From Octopus vulgaris (Eukaryota), in assembly GCA_951406725.2 (NCBI GenBank), contig OX597818.1, positions 56,172,001 through 56,236,000 on the forward strand: a stretch of 64,000 bases of DNA, in the 5' to 3' direction. Made by a program: the position numbers and the translations under genes. Below, piece by piece: positions 12,952-26,320 of the stretch (positions are counted from its first letter, which is position 1; each line of letters begins with the position of its first letter). The notes below the pieces were generated by a model. That model ran no database searches. It worked only from the letters and a program-made list of their open reading frames with translations, and was not told where the DNA came from.

Positions 12952-13420
12952 GGCACGTGTGCTGGTGGCATGTAAGAAAGCACCATTTGAGCGTGATCGT
13001 TGCCAGTGCCGCCTGCCTGGCTCCCATGCCGGTGGCACGTAAAAAGCACCATTCGAGTGTGGTTCTTGCCAGTGCCGCTTGACTGGCTCCTGTGCTGGTG
13101 GCACATAAAAAGCACCATTAGAACATGGTTGTTGCCAGTACCACCTGACTGGCTCCTGTGCTGGTGGCACGTAAAAAGCACCATTTGAGAATGGTCGTTG
13201 CCTGTACCACCTGATTGGCTCCCGTGCCTGTAGCATGCAAAAAGCACCCACTACACTCTTGGAGTGGTTGGCGTTAGAAAGGGTATCCAGCTGTAGAAAC
13301 ATTACCAGATCGGATTGGAGCCTGGTGCAGCCTCCTGGCTTCCCAGTTCTCAGTCAAACCGACCAACCCATGCCAGCATGGAAAGCGGATGTTAAACAAC
13401 AACGACGATGTTGATGATGT
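12952..13420 (+). mobile_element. SINE-like family C with ~5 tandem ~60-bp sub-repeats and (GAT)n tail
   Basis: Repeated ggtggcacgtaaaaagcaccatt...gactggctcc units followed by ggagtggttggcgttag...catggaaagcggatgttaaac. Confidence 0.85.
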
Positions 13421-14141
13421 GTATGCGTGTAGATGTGCTTGTGTGCACATGTGGATATTTGTATGTAGGGTTGTGTGTGTGTGTTATGACATTGCATTGT
13501 TGCAATGTCATATTTCTTATGTCAGATTTCTTTATTGAATGTAAAGCTTATTTAGCCATATTTTGCTTTGAGACTTTCATGATGTGATTGTTTATTTTTA
13601 GAATGACAATGTAAGGTTGATGTGAAAACCAGATCTGGTCAGTTTGACCATAAAATGGGTTGAATACTTTGGCCAGATGCGGTCAGTTTAAATCCCATAA
13701 AAGTGTTATTTAGAAACACACAAAACATTTAAAAAAAAACACTGTACAAAGCAACTCATTTCTTACAATATCTAATTTGACAAGATCTCTCATATTTCAA
13801 ATTCTATTAGACTTTGTATGTGAAACGCCAATAATCTGTTTTATGTCTCAGAATGGTAATGGTACCATAGCAGCCATTCTGTGGCATTGATATTTTTGTA
13901 ATATTTATTTGTTCCACAATAATTTTAGAAGTCAGAGTACAACTCGGTGGCAGAACCAATTATGAGATGCAAATTAACAAAAGATTAATGTTCACAACTA
14001 GAAATCATGTCGGGAAGAATTATTAACCAATTTTGGTTTAATGTAGTTAATAGTAACACTGTTGCCAGGCATGGCTGTGTGGTCGAGAGTTCTGTTTTCC
14101 AACCACATGGTTTCAGGTTCAGTCCCACTGCGTGCTATTAT

Positions 14142-14759
14142 TGGCAAGTGTCTTCTGCTATAGCCACGGGCCAACAAAAGCTTTGTGAATGGATGTGCGT
14201 GTTTGTGTCATTTTGTCTTGGCATCACATGAAAGTTGGAAATTAAGCATCACTGTTATAAAAACAGTGTTACCCATTTCCAATATTCTGTGACATGGCTG
14301 ACTGTGGGGAAATATTAGCTTCCTTGGAAGCAGGTGGGGGCTGGTGACAAGAAGGGCACTGGCTGTAGAAAACCTGCCTCAATAGACTGTCTGACCCATG
14401 CACACAGAGAACAGTGGATGTTAATATGATGATGATGATGATGACTGACAAAATGAGGAGGTCTTGAGAATGTCCCAAGCAAACTGCAGTGACCCTGGCA
14501 CTGTGACTGCTGTGTAATGTTGGCCAGAATCAATAATCCATAGAATTGTAAGTTATTTTGTGAATCCTGTCACTGATATATACACCAATAATGCTGAAGA
14601 TTTCTGGGCAGGTATACGCAGTGACCGATCAATTATAAAACAGAATCAACCACCATCATAAAGTGGTTGCATGTGGGTGAGGCATGGGATCGTTATTATC
14701 ATCATTATCATTGTCATCATCAATGTAGTCATCTTTGTCATTGTCATCATTTTCATCTT
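14142..14759 (-). repeat. Inverted copy of 3690-4306
   Basis: Reverse-complement identity about 99%. Confidence 0.95.
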
Positions 14760-14872
14760 TTGAAGAAAAGTGGGGTGATAATGGGGTTGTAATGGTTAGT
14801 TGGGGTGGGAGTGCTAGGAATGTGGCCTGGGTATCGGTGGGGCAGCAGCCTGAAAATGTTTGCGAACCACTG
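14760..14872 (+). mobile_element. Right part of the split hAT-Charlie-type MITE
   Basis: Ends ...aatgtttgcgaaccactg followed by 8-mer gtctacac, close to the NTCTAGAN Charlie target preference. Confidence 0.8.
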
Positions 14873-16734
14873 GTCTACACCAATACACACACAGGCTTCT
14901 CCAGCTAACAACATCAACTCTTCCCCAGGCATCACTTTCTGCTCTACATATCTGGATATGACAACCATTCGAGAATCGATTTTCCAACTGTACTCTGACC
15001 ACCAACCAATTAATTATCATTATCACACACACACACACACATCAATGAAGACAATAAAAGCACTTTTACAAACTAATTGAGAAAACTAATTACTTTGATA
15101 TCTCAGTGGTCCACACAAAATTACAAATATACATCTAGAAACATCTCAAAGATGAAGGAACCTCTACACTCTCCAACATCTGCAAATACTCTTTGGACCT
15201 GGAGCTTAACAACAACAACAGCAATATCAACAACAATATCTACAGCACAGAAAAAGCACAACACACTGCCAAAACCACCGGAAAAATTACACACACACAC
15301 ACACACACAAGTACACACACATATTAGAAGTTATAAGAATGACCAGAGGGAGAGCGAAAGAGAGCGGAGAGAGAAAATGTCAGTCTAGATGATGGCCAGA
15401 AAGTCAAGTGGATAATTTGTAATGTTGCTGGATGAGATGGAATTATTAGATAAACGATGATGAGTGGCATTTAAGCAGGATTAGGGTTGTCGAAGGCTTT
15501 TTAGTGATTGATGACTGGCTTTTGTCGTAACAGCAGCAGATAGGATTTTGCTCTTTCACCGACCATGAATACACAGCAGTGTCAAGAGATTGGGTTTAAT
15601 AAGTAAATTACACGCAATGTGTGTGAAGGCACATGGCTCAGTGGTTAGAGTGTAGGGCTCGCAATGAGGTAGTGAGTTCAATTCCAGGACCAGGCAGTGT
15701 GCTGTGTTCTTGAGCAAGACACTTTATTCCACATGGCTCCAGCAGTTGCAGAAAAGAGTTGCAATGTCACTGGTGCCAAAATATATTGTCCTTTGCCTTT
15801 ATCTTGGATAACATCAGTGGCGTGGAGAGGGCAGTGGACTCGTGGTCAGTAGATCGCAGTTTCAATTCCTAGACCGGGCGTTGTGTGTGTTTATTGAGTG
15901 AAAACACCTAAGGCTCCACGAGGCTCTGGCAAAGTCTATATATTTGTAATTTTTGGAAAATTTTTTTTTTAAATTGAAAAAACTTTAAAATTTCAAGTGT
16001 CTGGAAAAAATTTTAAAGCATCCTGTTTTGGGCTGGAGAAAATAAACAACTTGAATATTGACCAATTAGTCCAAAAGAAAATTAGAAATATGCTTCAAGT
16101 GTATGTAATTTTAGACTGTCTGGTTAGTTAGCACACAGCTTGGTAACTTTATCATCAACCGATTTTTACAGAAAGGAAAGAAAGGAAAGAAATTAAAAAC
16201 ATATCAAATTATCAAGAAGAAAAAAACCACCAAAGAAACAAAGAAATGAAAAGTGGTAGGAGGGGGGGGATTAAGTAGTAGATGGTGGCAAAGAGAGTAA
16301 CAGGTTGTACACCCAGGACCAAATGGTGTGTTCGGCTGTGATTGCAAAGAGTAACAATCTTTTATTTGTTTCTGGCAGTGGACTGTTGCCATGCTGGAAC
16401 ATGTCTGGAAGGGCTTCGTTGAACATATCACTACCAGTGCTTATCTGATGTTTTAAAAAATTGTTTAACACTTATTCTTTCAATCTCTTTTACCAAACTA
16501 ATAAAGAATAAGAGCAAATTCTAAAGAGTAATTATAGGTGACCAATGACAACTTCATGAGCCATCTTAAGGTACAATTGGGCACTTTAGGACATAGATCA
16601 CCATTAGGCTCAAAAAGTCCAAACAATTTAGCCCTCACTCCACCCCTAAAACTACAGATATATATAGGAGTAGAACCGTTAGGAAGAAAAATTTTGTTTG
16701 CAAACTGCGAGATGTTATGTTGTATTTTAATGAC

Positions 16735-17063
16735 ATCATCATCATCATCATCATCGTTTAACGTCCGCTTTCCATGCTAGCATAGGTTGGACGGTTCTAC
16801 TGGGGTCTGGGAAGCCCGAAGGCTGCACCAGGCCAGTCGGATCTGGCAGTGTTTCTACAGCTGGATGCCCTTCCTAACGCCAACCACTCCGCGAGTGTAG
16901 TGGGTGCTTTTTATGTGCCACCGACACAGGTGCCAGGCGAGGTTGGCGAACGGCCACGCTCGGATGGTGCTTTTTATGTGCCACCGGCACGGAGGCCAGG
17001 CGAGGCCGGCACGGCCACGATCGGATGGTGTTTGTTACGTGCCACCAGCACGGAGGCCAGTCG
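16735..17063 (-). mobile_element. SINE-like family C
   Basis: (CAT)n tail on the plus strand then gtttaacgtccgctttccatgctagc... Confidence 0.85.
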
Positions 17064-17529
17064 ATGAGAAGAGACAGCACACCTGTTTCTTGACCAGGCA
17101 GCCATTGCTTGTACACACTGACTGGTACTGGTTAATAATAATGCTTTCTACCAAATGCACAAGGTCTGAAACTTTGAGGAGGGGACTAGTTGATTACATC
17201 GACCCCAGTGTCTCACTGGTACTTAATTTATAGACCCTGAAAGGATGAAAGGCAAAGTTGACCTCGGCGGAATTTGAACTCAGAACGTCAAGGCAGACGA
17301 AATGCCACTAAGCATTTCACCTGGCGTGCTAATGATTCTGCCAGCTTGCCACCATACTGGTTAATAATAATAATTAACCATAATCTTACAATCAAAGGAA
17401 AGTAACTCAATACATTTCCAAGCATAAGACAAATCAATTTACATATGAACAATCACTGCGATAGACTACCCTCATGTTCTGATGGCATTATTTAAGCCAG
17501 TCTCAGAACTGATTAAGTTCTCTATCTTA

Positions 17530-19952
17530 TTGGTTTGTCAATTAGATGAACACTTTTTGTTAATTTTGCCAACTTCTAGAGGTGATGGCTTATTAGGAGT
17601 TGGCTGGTCAACTCGGTCAGACACAACTGGTTCTTCACAGTTTGGTTCATAAGAATGGTCTGCTGTTCTCTAAATTGACTATCAACCTCTTTTGATGGAC
17701 ACGTCGTAAATTTCTTCTGTATTTCTTTCTAGTGGTCATCTAGCTCACATATATGCTTTTCTTCCTGTTGTTGGTATCCACGCTTTGCCACTTATTTATA
17801 CGTGGTCACCAGGTTCCAACAATCCGAGTGCTTTTCCTACATGTTGGTCATAATATTTCTTTATTAGGCTTTGGTGCTCAGCATGTCTATCCTGAACATC
17901 TCTTGGATTTTCTATACAAAGATACAATAGCTGTCATGATGTAGAGTAGGAGTGGCTGTGTGGTGAGTAGCTTGCTTACAAACCACATGGTTCCGGGTTC
18001 AGTCCCACTGCATGGCACCTTGGGCAAGTGTTTTCTACTATAGCCTCGGGCCAACCAAAGCCTTGTGAGTGGATTTGGTAGATGGAAACTGAAAGAAGCC
18101 CATCGTATATATGTATATGTGTGTATGTTTGTCCCCCCAACATCGCTTGACAACCGATGATGGTGTGTTTACATCCCTGTAACTTAGTGATTCGGCAAAA
18201 GAGACTGATAGAATAAGTACTAGGCTTACAAAGAATAAGTCCTGGGGTCGATTTGCTCGATTAAAGGTGGTACTCCAGCATGACCATAGTCAAATGACTG
18301 AAACAAGTAAAAGAGTAAAAGTGTTGTCCTCAGACGAGGATTTAATCTGCAGGTAATTTACCAATCTTTTCTGTTGGAGTATTTCGTATGTCTAACAGTG
18401 GCCTATATTTCTCTCTCTATATTTTTTTTATCAGTATTTTTATAGCTTTCACTGCAATCTTGGCTTGTCCATTCGACTGTTGGAATTGTGGACTGGATGC
18501 CATATGGTGAAATTCCCATATTTGACAAAATTTTTAAATTCTGCAAAAGATAATTGTGATGCTTTATCTAAAATCAGGATCTCTGGAATTCCATATCTAG
18601 CAAAAACTGAACTCATTTATTACTGTAAATCTGGTTCAATCTCTTAATTGTATTACTTCAACAAATGTGAAGTAATAGTCAACAATAACAATGAAATCAC
18701 TATAATTAGTCGAGAATAATACAACTTTTGACCAAGGATGTTGTGGAATCTTATGAGACATTAATAGTCCTTTAGTGTTGTCTGTTCTGAATTTGGCACA
18801 TAGGGTACACTTTGCAACTGCTTCCTGAATTTGTGAATTTATACCACACCGAAACAGTACATCTCTGGCTCTCTGCTTATTTCTTAGAATACCTTGATAT
18901 GACTGGTGAATCAGGTTCACTGCTAAGCAATTCAGGAATGATTACTCTGTCAATTTTGAAAAGCGGTTGGTTGTGAGATGCAATTTTATCACACAACTCC
19001 CAATATGGTATCACTTGATGTTGGACATTCCTCTCTGGATTTCGGTCAACCAATTAACATAATGCCATGCAGTGCTGTCAGACTAAAACTTTGGCTGATT
19101 GTCATCTGAAGCTGTTCTGGTTTCATTAGTGGCATCGGAAGTGAGTTGATAACATTGATATCCAGCAATTCAGCTTCTTTGGACATTCTCCAGAGAGAGT
19201 ATCAACTACAAGTATCTCTTTGCCATATTTGTACATGATTCTGCAATCATATCTTTCCAGGCCTAAAATCATTTTCTGGACTGTCTACTTGACAAAGATT
19301 CTTCTGGAAAACCAATGTGGTTTGTGATGATTTGCAGCTAATGCTGTCTTTCCATACACATAGTTATGGAACCATCTACATCCAAAGACTATGGATATCA
19401 GTTCCTTCTCTGGTTGCAAGTAACTGTTTTTCTTTTTGGTGGTGTGGATGTTGCCATTAATGCACATGATGTATAAGTGATGGAATGATCATCTTGTAAT
19501 ACGCATGCTCCTAGACAGTCTTGTGAGCTGCCTGCAGGAAGTATGATTGGGTTTTTGACATCAAAATACATTAGAACTGGAGCATTTGTTATCAGTTCTT
19601 TTAATCTATCAAAACTCTTCCTGTGTTTATCATCCCATGCGAATTCAATGTTATCTTTGATAACCTCATGGAATGGTACTGAAACGTGAGATAAATTAGG
19701 AATTTACTTTGCAACATACTCAGCCATTCTCAAGAATCTAAATCTTCCTTGTTTGTGGATCGTATACGACCGATGTAACCAAATTCGTCTTAGTCATTTC
19801 TACTTCCTCAGGGTTTAGTTAAGCCCTGCTTGAGTCACACAGTTAAGGACTCGTTTAAATCTCCTGTCGTGTTTTTGTTGGAATTATCCCACTCAAATAT
19901 GTCATCAATGATGACATCATCGATTCTTTCAAGTATATTTTCCATAAGTCAT

Positions 19953-19955
<3 letters not shown>
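17530..19955 (-). pseudogene. Decayed Ty3/Gypsy LTR-retrotransposon pol (RT, RNase H, integrase)
   Basis: Minus-strand peptides: IIDDIF (RT); IPNLS...FDRLKELITNAPVLMYFDVKKP and SYLQPEKELISIVFGCRWFHNYVYGK...HKP (connection/RNase H); IHQSYQG...RARDVLF..GINSQIQEAVAKCTLC...PWSKV...IVDYY (integrase zinc-binding and core). Many stops and frameshifts; no LTRs recognised. Confidence 0.9.
17946..18321 (+). mobile_element. SINE family A inserted in the Gypsy integrase region
   Basis: aggagtggctgtgtggtgag...gactgaaacaagtaaaagagtaaaag. Confidence 0.9.
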
Positions 19956-19998
<43 letters not shown>

Positions 19999-20535
19999 TT
20001 CCATAAATTAGAGACATCACTAAATATATCCCCAATGGTTGTTATATTTTTTTGATAACATAATAGGTTAGATAGGATGATGTCTATATTACAATATTGC
20101 AATAACCAATAATATGTTTTGCATGTACCATCATGAAATTAGCATTAGCTTATCTCACTCTTTCTCACAGAACCCCTAGAAACCTTTTGTGGAACCCCAG
20201 CTGAGAAACACTAATCCAAATAATTCAGACTGACATTTCAGGGAAGTAGTAAGTGAACTATTTTCCTCATCAGGTACTCAGAGTAACAAATAGGATTACT
20301 GAGAGCTGTTCTCAATCAGTGATGTCAGATAAACATGCTTTTTTTTTTGTTTTTAATACTTTAGCATTTAAACCAGTCATATCTGGTGCAAATATTCTAC
20401 TGGCTTTATGTTGAAACCAGCCAGAACTGGCCTCTCACACCTATCATACAATGCCATTCCAAAAATAAACTATCACGTCATCACAACCTCAGAGCTACAA
20501 GATAATGCATGATAAATTCATAACAGTGTATTTAT

Positions 20536-20938
20536 TCTTTTATTCTTTTCCTTGTTTCAGTCATTTGACTATGGTCATGCTGGAGCACCACCTCTGGTCG
20601 AGCAAATCGACCCCAGGACTTATTCTTTGTAAGCCTAGTACTTATTCTATCGGTCTCTTTTACCGAACCGCTAAGTTACAGGGACATAAACGCACCAGCA
20701 TCGGCTGTCAAGCAATGCTAGGGGGACAAACACAGACACACAATGATACACACACACACACACACACACATATACGACGGGCTTCTTCCAGTTTCCGTTT
20801 ACCAAATCCACTCACAAGGCTTTGGTCGGCCCGAAGCTATAGTAGAAGACACTGGTCCAAGGTGCCACACAGTGGGACTGAATCCATGTCCATGTGGTTG
20901 GTAAGCAAGCTACTTACCACACAGCCACTCCTGAACCT
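20536..20938 (-). mobile_element. SINE family A (nested in a TTAA-ended MITE, ~20360-20995)
   Basis: Family A homology. The flanking element ends ...ctgaagggTTAA and resembles 46941-47161. Confidence 0.8.
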
Positions 20939-21271
20939 ATAAATTAGCTTTACATTTGACAGAGTAATCTGGTAATCGGAATACTGAAGGGTTAAAGTAA
21001 CCAGAGAGAGTGCAGATGAAACGATCCTAAATACTCTTTAGAATGGGTCAATGACATCAGGCTTGGATAAATTTCTCAAAACTACAGCAAAATCCTCGAC
21101 AAGGAATCGGTGTCACCAGTGCAAATGTACTACCCTACAATGATTGTTAAGTGAAGTGTTCTTGGTTACATGTCCAATTGCAGTGGTTCTCAAACAGTGC
21201 ATCATAAATAGTAACTACCTGGGCAGTGGATTTGAAGAATATTATAGGAAGCTTTAGAAAATCCATACTTA

Positions 21272-21793
21272 CAAGGCCTGGTCAAAAAGTATCGAGATTT
21301 TTGCTATAATAACGGAGTTACATTACACAGGGTGAAGCCACTTGGTAGAGAGTAGCCTTGAACTTTGTCGCGTATGCACACTAAGATATAACATTCTCAT
21401 TCACTTCTGTTGTTTATAGCAGTGCTTGAAAGTAAAGTGTGTAGGGCGTGGTCGTCTCAAAAGAAGATTGGGTTTCAGCTAGGATTTCCTTGATTGTGTT
21501 GATGAAAACTTTTTGAAAATGGTCATCTATGACCCCGAAACCAGGGCTCGAAAGGAGTCCCATTTGAACAAGGTTTCGAGACATCGAGTAAATCTAAGAG
21601 AATGCAACAAGCCAAGTGTTCGCTATCCCCGAAAAGAAGTTCCAGGAATATATTTCCAGCAATGGAAACAACGCTGGGCACAATGTGTGGCTTCAGGCAA
21701 CTACTTCGATGGAGCTTAAATGCCAAATTGATATGTGGTGTTGTTGTTGTTTTTTTTATAAGAACAGACCCAATACTTTTTGATCAGACCTCA
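21272..21793 (+). mobile_element. Internally deleted mariner (Tc1/mariner) element
   Basis: TA|caaggcctggtcaaaaagtatcg ... caatactttttgatcagacctca|TA imperfect TIRs. C-terminal peptide YFQQWKQRWAQCVASGNYFDG is typical of mariner transposase. Confidence 0.85.
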
Positions 21794-22410
21794 TATGCTT
21801 GTATGTCTTGAAAAAGAAAAAAAGCCGATAATTTTATAATTTTATTTCGTCCTTAGTCGAAAGACACCTGTTGTTATGTCCTGTTGTTATTTTTATTGTA
21901 TTTGTGTAACATTGTCCGTTTTTTTTTTTACTGTCCTTGTTTTTCGTATATGTTTTCGAAATCCCTATCTCAAAAGCTGTGGTTACTAGGGCAACAAAAC
22001 CCACACTTTAACAAATGTTTGTCGTTTCTCTCTTTCGGATATCACCCTCTCTTCCTCGATTTCTCTTTCCTCCCTTCCCTACACATTCTCTCTATAATGA
22101 CGTTTGACAGCTTCGTCTCTCTGTCACTCTTTCTACCACCACCTCTCTCACTGTACGTCTGTCTGTATCTATAGAGAGAAAGCGTTGACAGCCACAAAAG
22201 TTTAAATATTCCCACTACAGGTCTTTTAGAATGGTGAATTATTATCGCCCACCACCAACGCACAATCATAAAAGATATTAATCAGATATATTGTGTTAAT
22301 TTATATATACATGTGTGTGTGTATAAATATATATTTAATGTGTATACATATATATATGTGCATATATATAAAGTGTATATTATATATACGTGTGTGTATA
22401 TATATATATA

Positions 22411-22715
22411 TGTGGAGGCGCAATGGCCCAGTGGTTAGGGCAGCGGACTCGCAGTCGTAGGATCGCGGTTTCGATTCCCAGACCGGGCGTTGTGAGTGTT
22501 TATTGAGCGAAAACACCTAAAAGCTCCACGACGCTCCGGCAGGGGGTGGTGATCCCTGCTGTACTCTTTCACCACTCTTTCTCCCACTCTTTCTTCTGTT
22601 GGCCTGCTCGCTTAGCCAGCGGGGTGGCGTCATTCAAAGGCTAAAACAATGCAAACGCATTGTGACCAGCGATGTGTAACAACATCTGATGGTCTGGTCG
22701 GTCATGTGACGTGAT
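22411..22715 (+). mobile_element. tRNA-derived SINE family D (tail type 1)
   Basis: tgtggaggcgcaatggcccagtggttagggcagcggactc...ggtttcgattccc head with A/B boxes. Confidence 0.85.
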
Positions 22716-23040
22716 ATATGTGTGTGTAGACATGTATATATAATGTGCATATATGTACATATTTAATGCATATGTATATGTGTGTGTGTATATATATATA
22801 TATATGTGTGCATATGTGGTCAGATTGAGCTGAAACTATGCACACCTATGTTAAAAGTGCTAACGAGTTTGCATGGCAACTTTGAGTTTGCTCAATTGAA
22901 AGGCATGGCCTCTAGGGCAAAATTCCTCCTTTTAAAATGTGGCCTGTATAGACCCGAATGAAATCAGGTTATAATAGCGAAACAAGTAAAACAATAATAA
23001 ACTATTTTAATCCCGAGCAAGGTCAAGTATATCTGTCTAA

Positions 23041-23550
23041 TCTATAAAATGAAGAAGGCGAACGGTGATACAAATTGGATTTTTATGTAAAAAGGGGTCT
23101 AAATGGGGCTGGAAGGGGATTAAAATTTAAAGGAGGGCGTAACTTGAGGTGGGAAATTGATTGGGAGATGTTTTTGGGTGCTACAGTGGTTGCTTTGGTG
23201 TGAAAATTGGGATTTTATTGATCTTGGGGGACACTTAGGGGTCTAGATCGGACACCTTTTGCCCAATTTCAATCAAATTTTCAACATGGTAAAGTGGAAG
23301 CAGATTTGTAATTTAAACTCGGAAATCTAATTTTTTTATAAATGGGAGAGAGATAGGTCAAGAAAGATAAAGGATAAAGAGTAAGAGAAATCGAGGGAGA
23401 GTCCGAGAGAAAGGAAGAGTAAGAGAGTGGGAAAATGAGAAAGGAGAGAGAAACAAAGAGGAAGAATGTGGGGATAAGAAACAGAAAGGAAGCAACAGAA
23501 AGTAACAACCACACCCTCACCCACACGTAGAGCAGGTCACCTTAAGCTAG
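23041..23550 (+). mobile_element. Possible Helitron-like element
   Basis: A|TCtataaaatgaag start and ...taagCTAG|T end; subterminal hairpin is degenerate. Confidence 0.4.
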
Positions 23551-23576
23551 TATATATATATATATATATATATATA

Positions 23577-23918
23577 CTGGCCGTGCCAGCCTCGCCTGGC
23601 CTCCGTGCCGGTGGCACGTAAAAAAACACCATCCGAGCGTGGCCGTTCGCCAGCCTCGTCTGGCACCTGTATCCGTGGCACATAAAAAAACACCATCCGA
23701 GCGTGGCCGTTCGTCAGCCTCATCTGGCATCTGTGTCGGTGGCACATAAAAAGCACCCACTACACTCACAGAGTGGTTGGCGTTAGGAAGGGCATCCAGC
23801 CATAGAAACATTGCCAGATCTGACTGGCCTGGTTCAGCCTTCTGGCTTCCCAGACCCCAGTTGAACCGTCCAACCCATGCTAGCATGGAAAACGGACGTT
23901 AAACGATGATGATGATGA

Positions 23919-23922
<4 letters not shown>
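23577..23922 (+). mobile_element. SINE-like family C
   Basis: Tandem ~59-bp sub-repeats, then conserved body and (GAT)n tail. Confidence 0.85.
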
Positions 23923-23954
<32 letters not shown>

Positions 23955-24255
23955 GAGAATTGTCTCACCTTAAAAAAAGTTTAATTATAGTAATGAATTT
24001 CAGTTTCAAAGAACCAAAATGAAATGAAAAATAATCAATAGAAACAGTAGAATCGTATGTGAAAGATAAAATTTGCCGTTGATAGGAATTTTAATGGAAT
24101 TAAATCATTAAAAAATTTGAGTGTTCAATAAAACTTCAACTTAAACATACCACTAATTTCATTGCCAGATATACATCACTTACGTAGAGATTACGCATCC
24201 TACATACACACATTACGAATACTCGTATTTCTTATTTTTTGTATAATTTTATAAT

Positions 24256-24659
24256 ACTCTTTTACTCTTTTACTTGTTTCAGTCATTTGACTGCGGCCAT
24301 GCTGGAGCACCACCTTTAGTCGCGCAAATCAACCCCGGGACTTATTCTTTGTAAGCCCAGTACTTATTCTATCAGTCTCTTTTTGCTGAACCGGTAAGTG
24401 ACGGGGACGTAAACACACCAGCATCGGTTGTCAAGCAATGCTAGGGGGACAAACACAGACACACACACATATATATATATATATATACATATATACGACA
24501 GGCTTCTTTCAGTTTCCGTCTATCAAATCCACTCACAAGGCATTGGTCAGCCTGGGGCTATAGCAGAAGACACTTGCCCAAGATGCCACGCAGTGGGACT
24601 GAACCTGGAACCATGTGGTTGGTTAGCAAGCTACTTACCACACAGCCACTCCTGCGCCT
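24256..24659 (-). mobile_element. SINE family A
   Basis: Full-length homology. Confidence 0.9.
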
Positions 24660-25544
24660 ATTATGCTGTCGAAGGTAATGAAAATGTGGACATAACTGTT
24701 TTATTAACTGATGTTGGTCATTCAAATTACACATTGGTAGAGGAACTTTCTTTTCTTTTATTCTTTTAATGGTTTCATTCGTAGGACTGCAGCCATACTG
24801 GAGCACCACCTTAATTTATTTTCTATCATTTGTGTTGTCGGTTTATGGCTGATTTTACCCGAGTGTATCCTTGAATGGTCAGCTGGTCCAGCATCGTTAT
24901 TAAGAGTGTAGCCAATTTTCATCTTTTAATTTTTCAGCAGAGGATCCTTTTACATTTCTGATATCTTTAGAGAGGCAGTTAAACACATGAGGACCTCCAA
25001 ATATTAAAACAGGTACAACAGAGTGTTTTTGTTTTTTTTCATGATTTCGAAAATTATATTTGGAAAATGACAGTATCTACTAGTTCATGCATTAAAATTC
25101 TAATGCCAAAGTTTGGAACATACCCCTACAGGATTTTCCAAATGTATATGATAGTAGCTACGATCCAATATAGTCTGTCTCAAGGATGATGTAACATCAT
25201 TAAACCAAATTCACAAATCCTCTTTGAAAAGAATCCAGGTGTTCACTGCTGTACCCACTTCTTCACCTCATCTCTATATTAAATGCTGTCCTCCATTTGA
25301 CCAATCAAGCACAAGTCACACGACACCAAATACGAGTTGTATGTTCATAGGTAACCACTAACCAACCCAATTTGCCTGATTTATTATTAATGTACATTGG
25401 CGTTAGGAAGAGCATCCAGCTGTAGAAACTCTGCCAGATCAGACTGAAGCCTGGTGCAGCCATCTGGTTCGCCAGTCCTCAGTCAAAATCGTCCAACCCA
25501 TGCTAGCATTGAAAGCGGACGTTAAACAATGATGATGATGATGC

Positions 25545-26250
25545 ATGGTCACCAGTGTCATAAAGAAAGTGAATCATTTTCAGATTCTTGTTCAGTCTCT
25601 TCCTTCAAATGGCTTCTCTGAGGTTTTTAAGTGTCTCAGTCTACCGCCCACTGTTCAGTATACAGCCATGTTCCAGGAAATCAAAACAAATAACGCTCTT
25701 ATCCCCCCGAAACAGTTGCCATGACTTTCTGTGCTGAAAGTTCATTCTTCAACTTCTCGAACCTTAGAGAAGTGGTGCAGAGCCCTTCTATAAAACATGC
25801 TTTTGTTTCTGCTTCACATAGATGTGCCTAAGATTTGATTTCCTGCCACCAAGTAGGAAAAAAATGTCATTAGCGTCAAGTAGATCAAACTTCTCCTTTC
25901 TCTCCTTCAAACCGAGTGTCAACTGCCAAGGTACCCAGTTTACACACACTTGCCTTCCATGGCCCAAAGTCTTTCATCGTCCTCTATAATACATTGTGAC
26001 CACAGTCCAGTTGAGCAGCAAACTCGCAGACAGTGACTCGTCTGTTTGCGCGACTCGATTTGAGTCAGTGGTTGTATAGTTATGGTTTCCCACTGCGTGG
26101 CTTGTCTTCGATGTTGGTTTCTCGTTCTTTAAACTTCTGCTCTCATTGCTCTTGTCAATGATGTCATCTCTGTAAACAACTTGTACTCATCTGTTGATGA
26201 CGGACATCCTGCATCAATACTTCGTCAAAAACACATTGACGACATGTTGC
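25545..26250 (-). pseudogene. Decayed mariner transposase
   Basis: Minus-strand peptides QKFKERETNIEDKPRSGKP (HTH region), ANRRVTVCEFAAQL, WVPWQLT (WVPHEL motif), SAQKVMATV..DFLEHG. Stops and frameshifts. Confidence 0.85.
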
Positions 26251-26320
26251 TTCTGCTTGGAACCTGCCTGCTTCAAAGAGGAAGTAGTAATCTGCCAACA
26301 TGTGCAATTCCTAGGATGGC

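Noticed and set aside
12952-13260. Regularly spaced ~60-bp repeats resembling a CRISPR array
   Set aside because: The whole unit repeats with no unique spacers, it is part of a dispersed eukaryotic repeat, and there are no cas genes.
3690-14759. 11-kb composite transposon with 617-bp TIRs
   Set aside because: The arms consist of host-like sequence and SINE fragments, have no flanking TSD, and show complementary truncations that fit an inversion instead.
22411-22490. Additional tRNA genes at SINE heads
   Set aside because: A/B boxes are present but acceptor stems and terminators are absent, and the sequence continues into SINE bodies.
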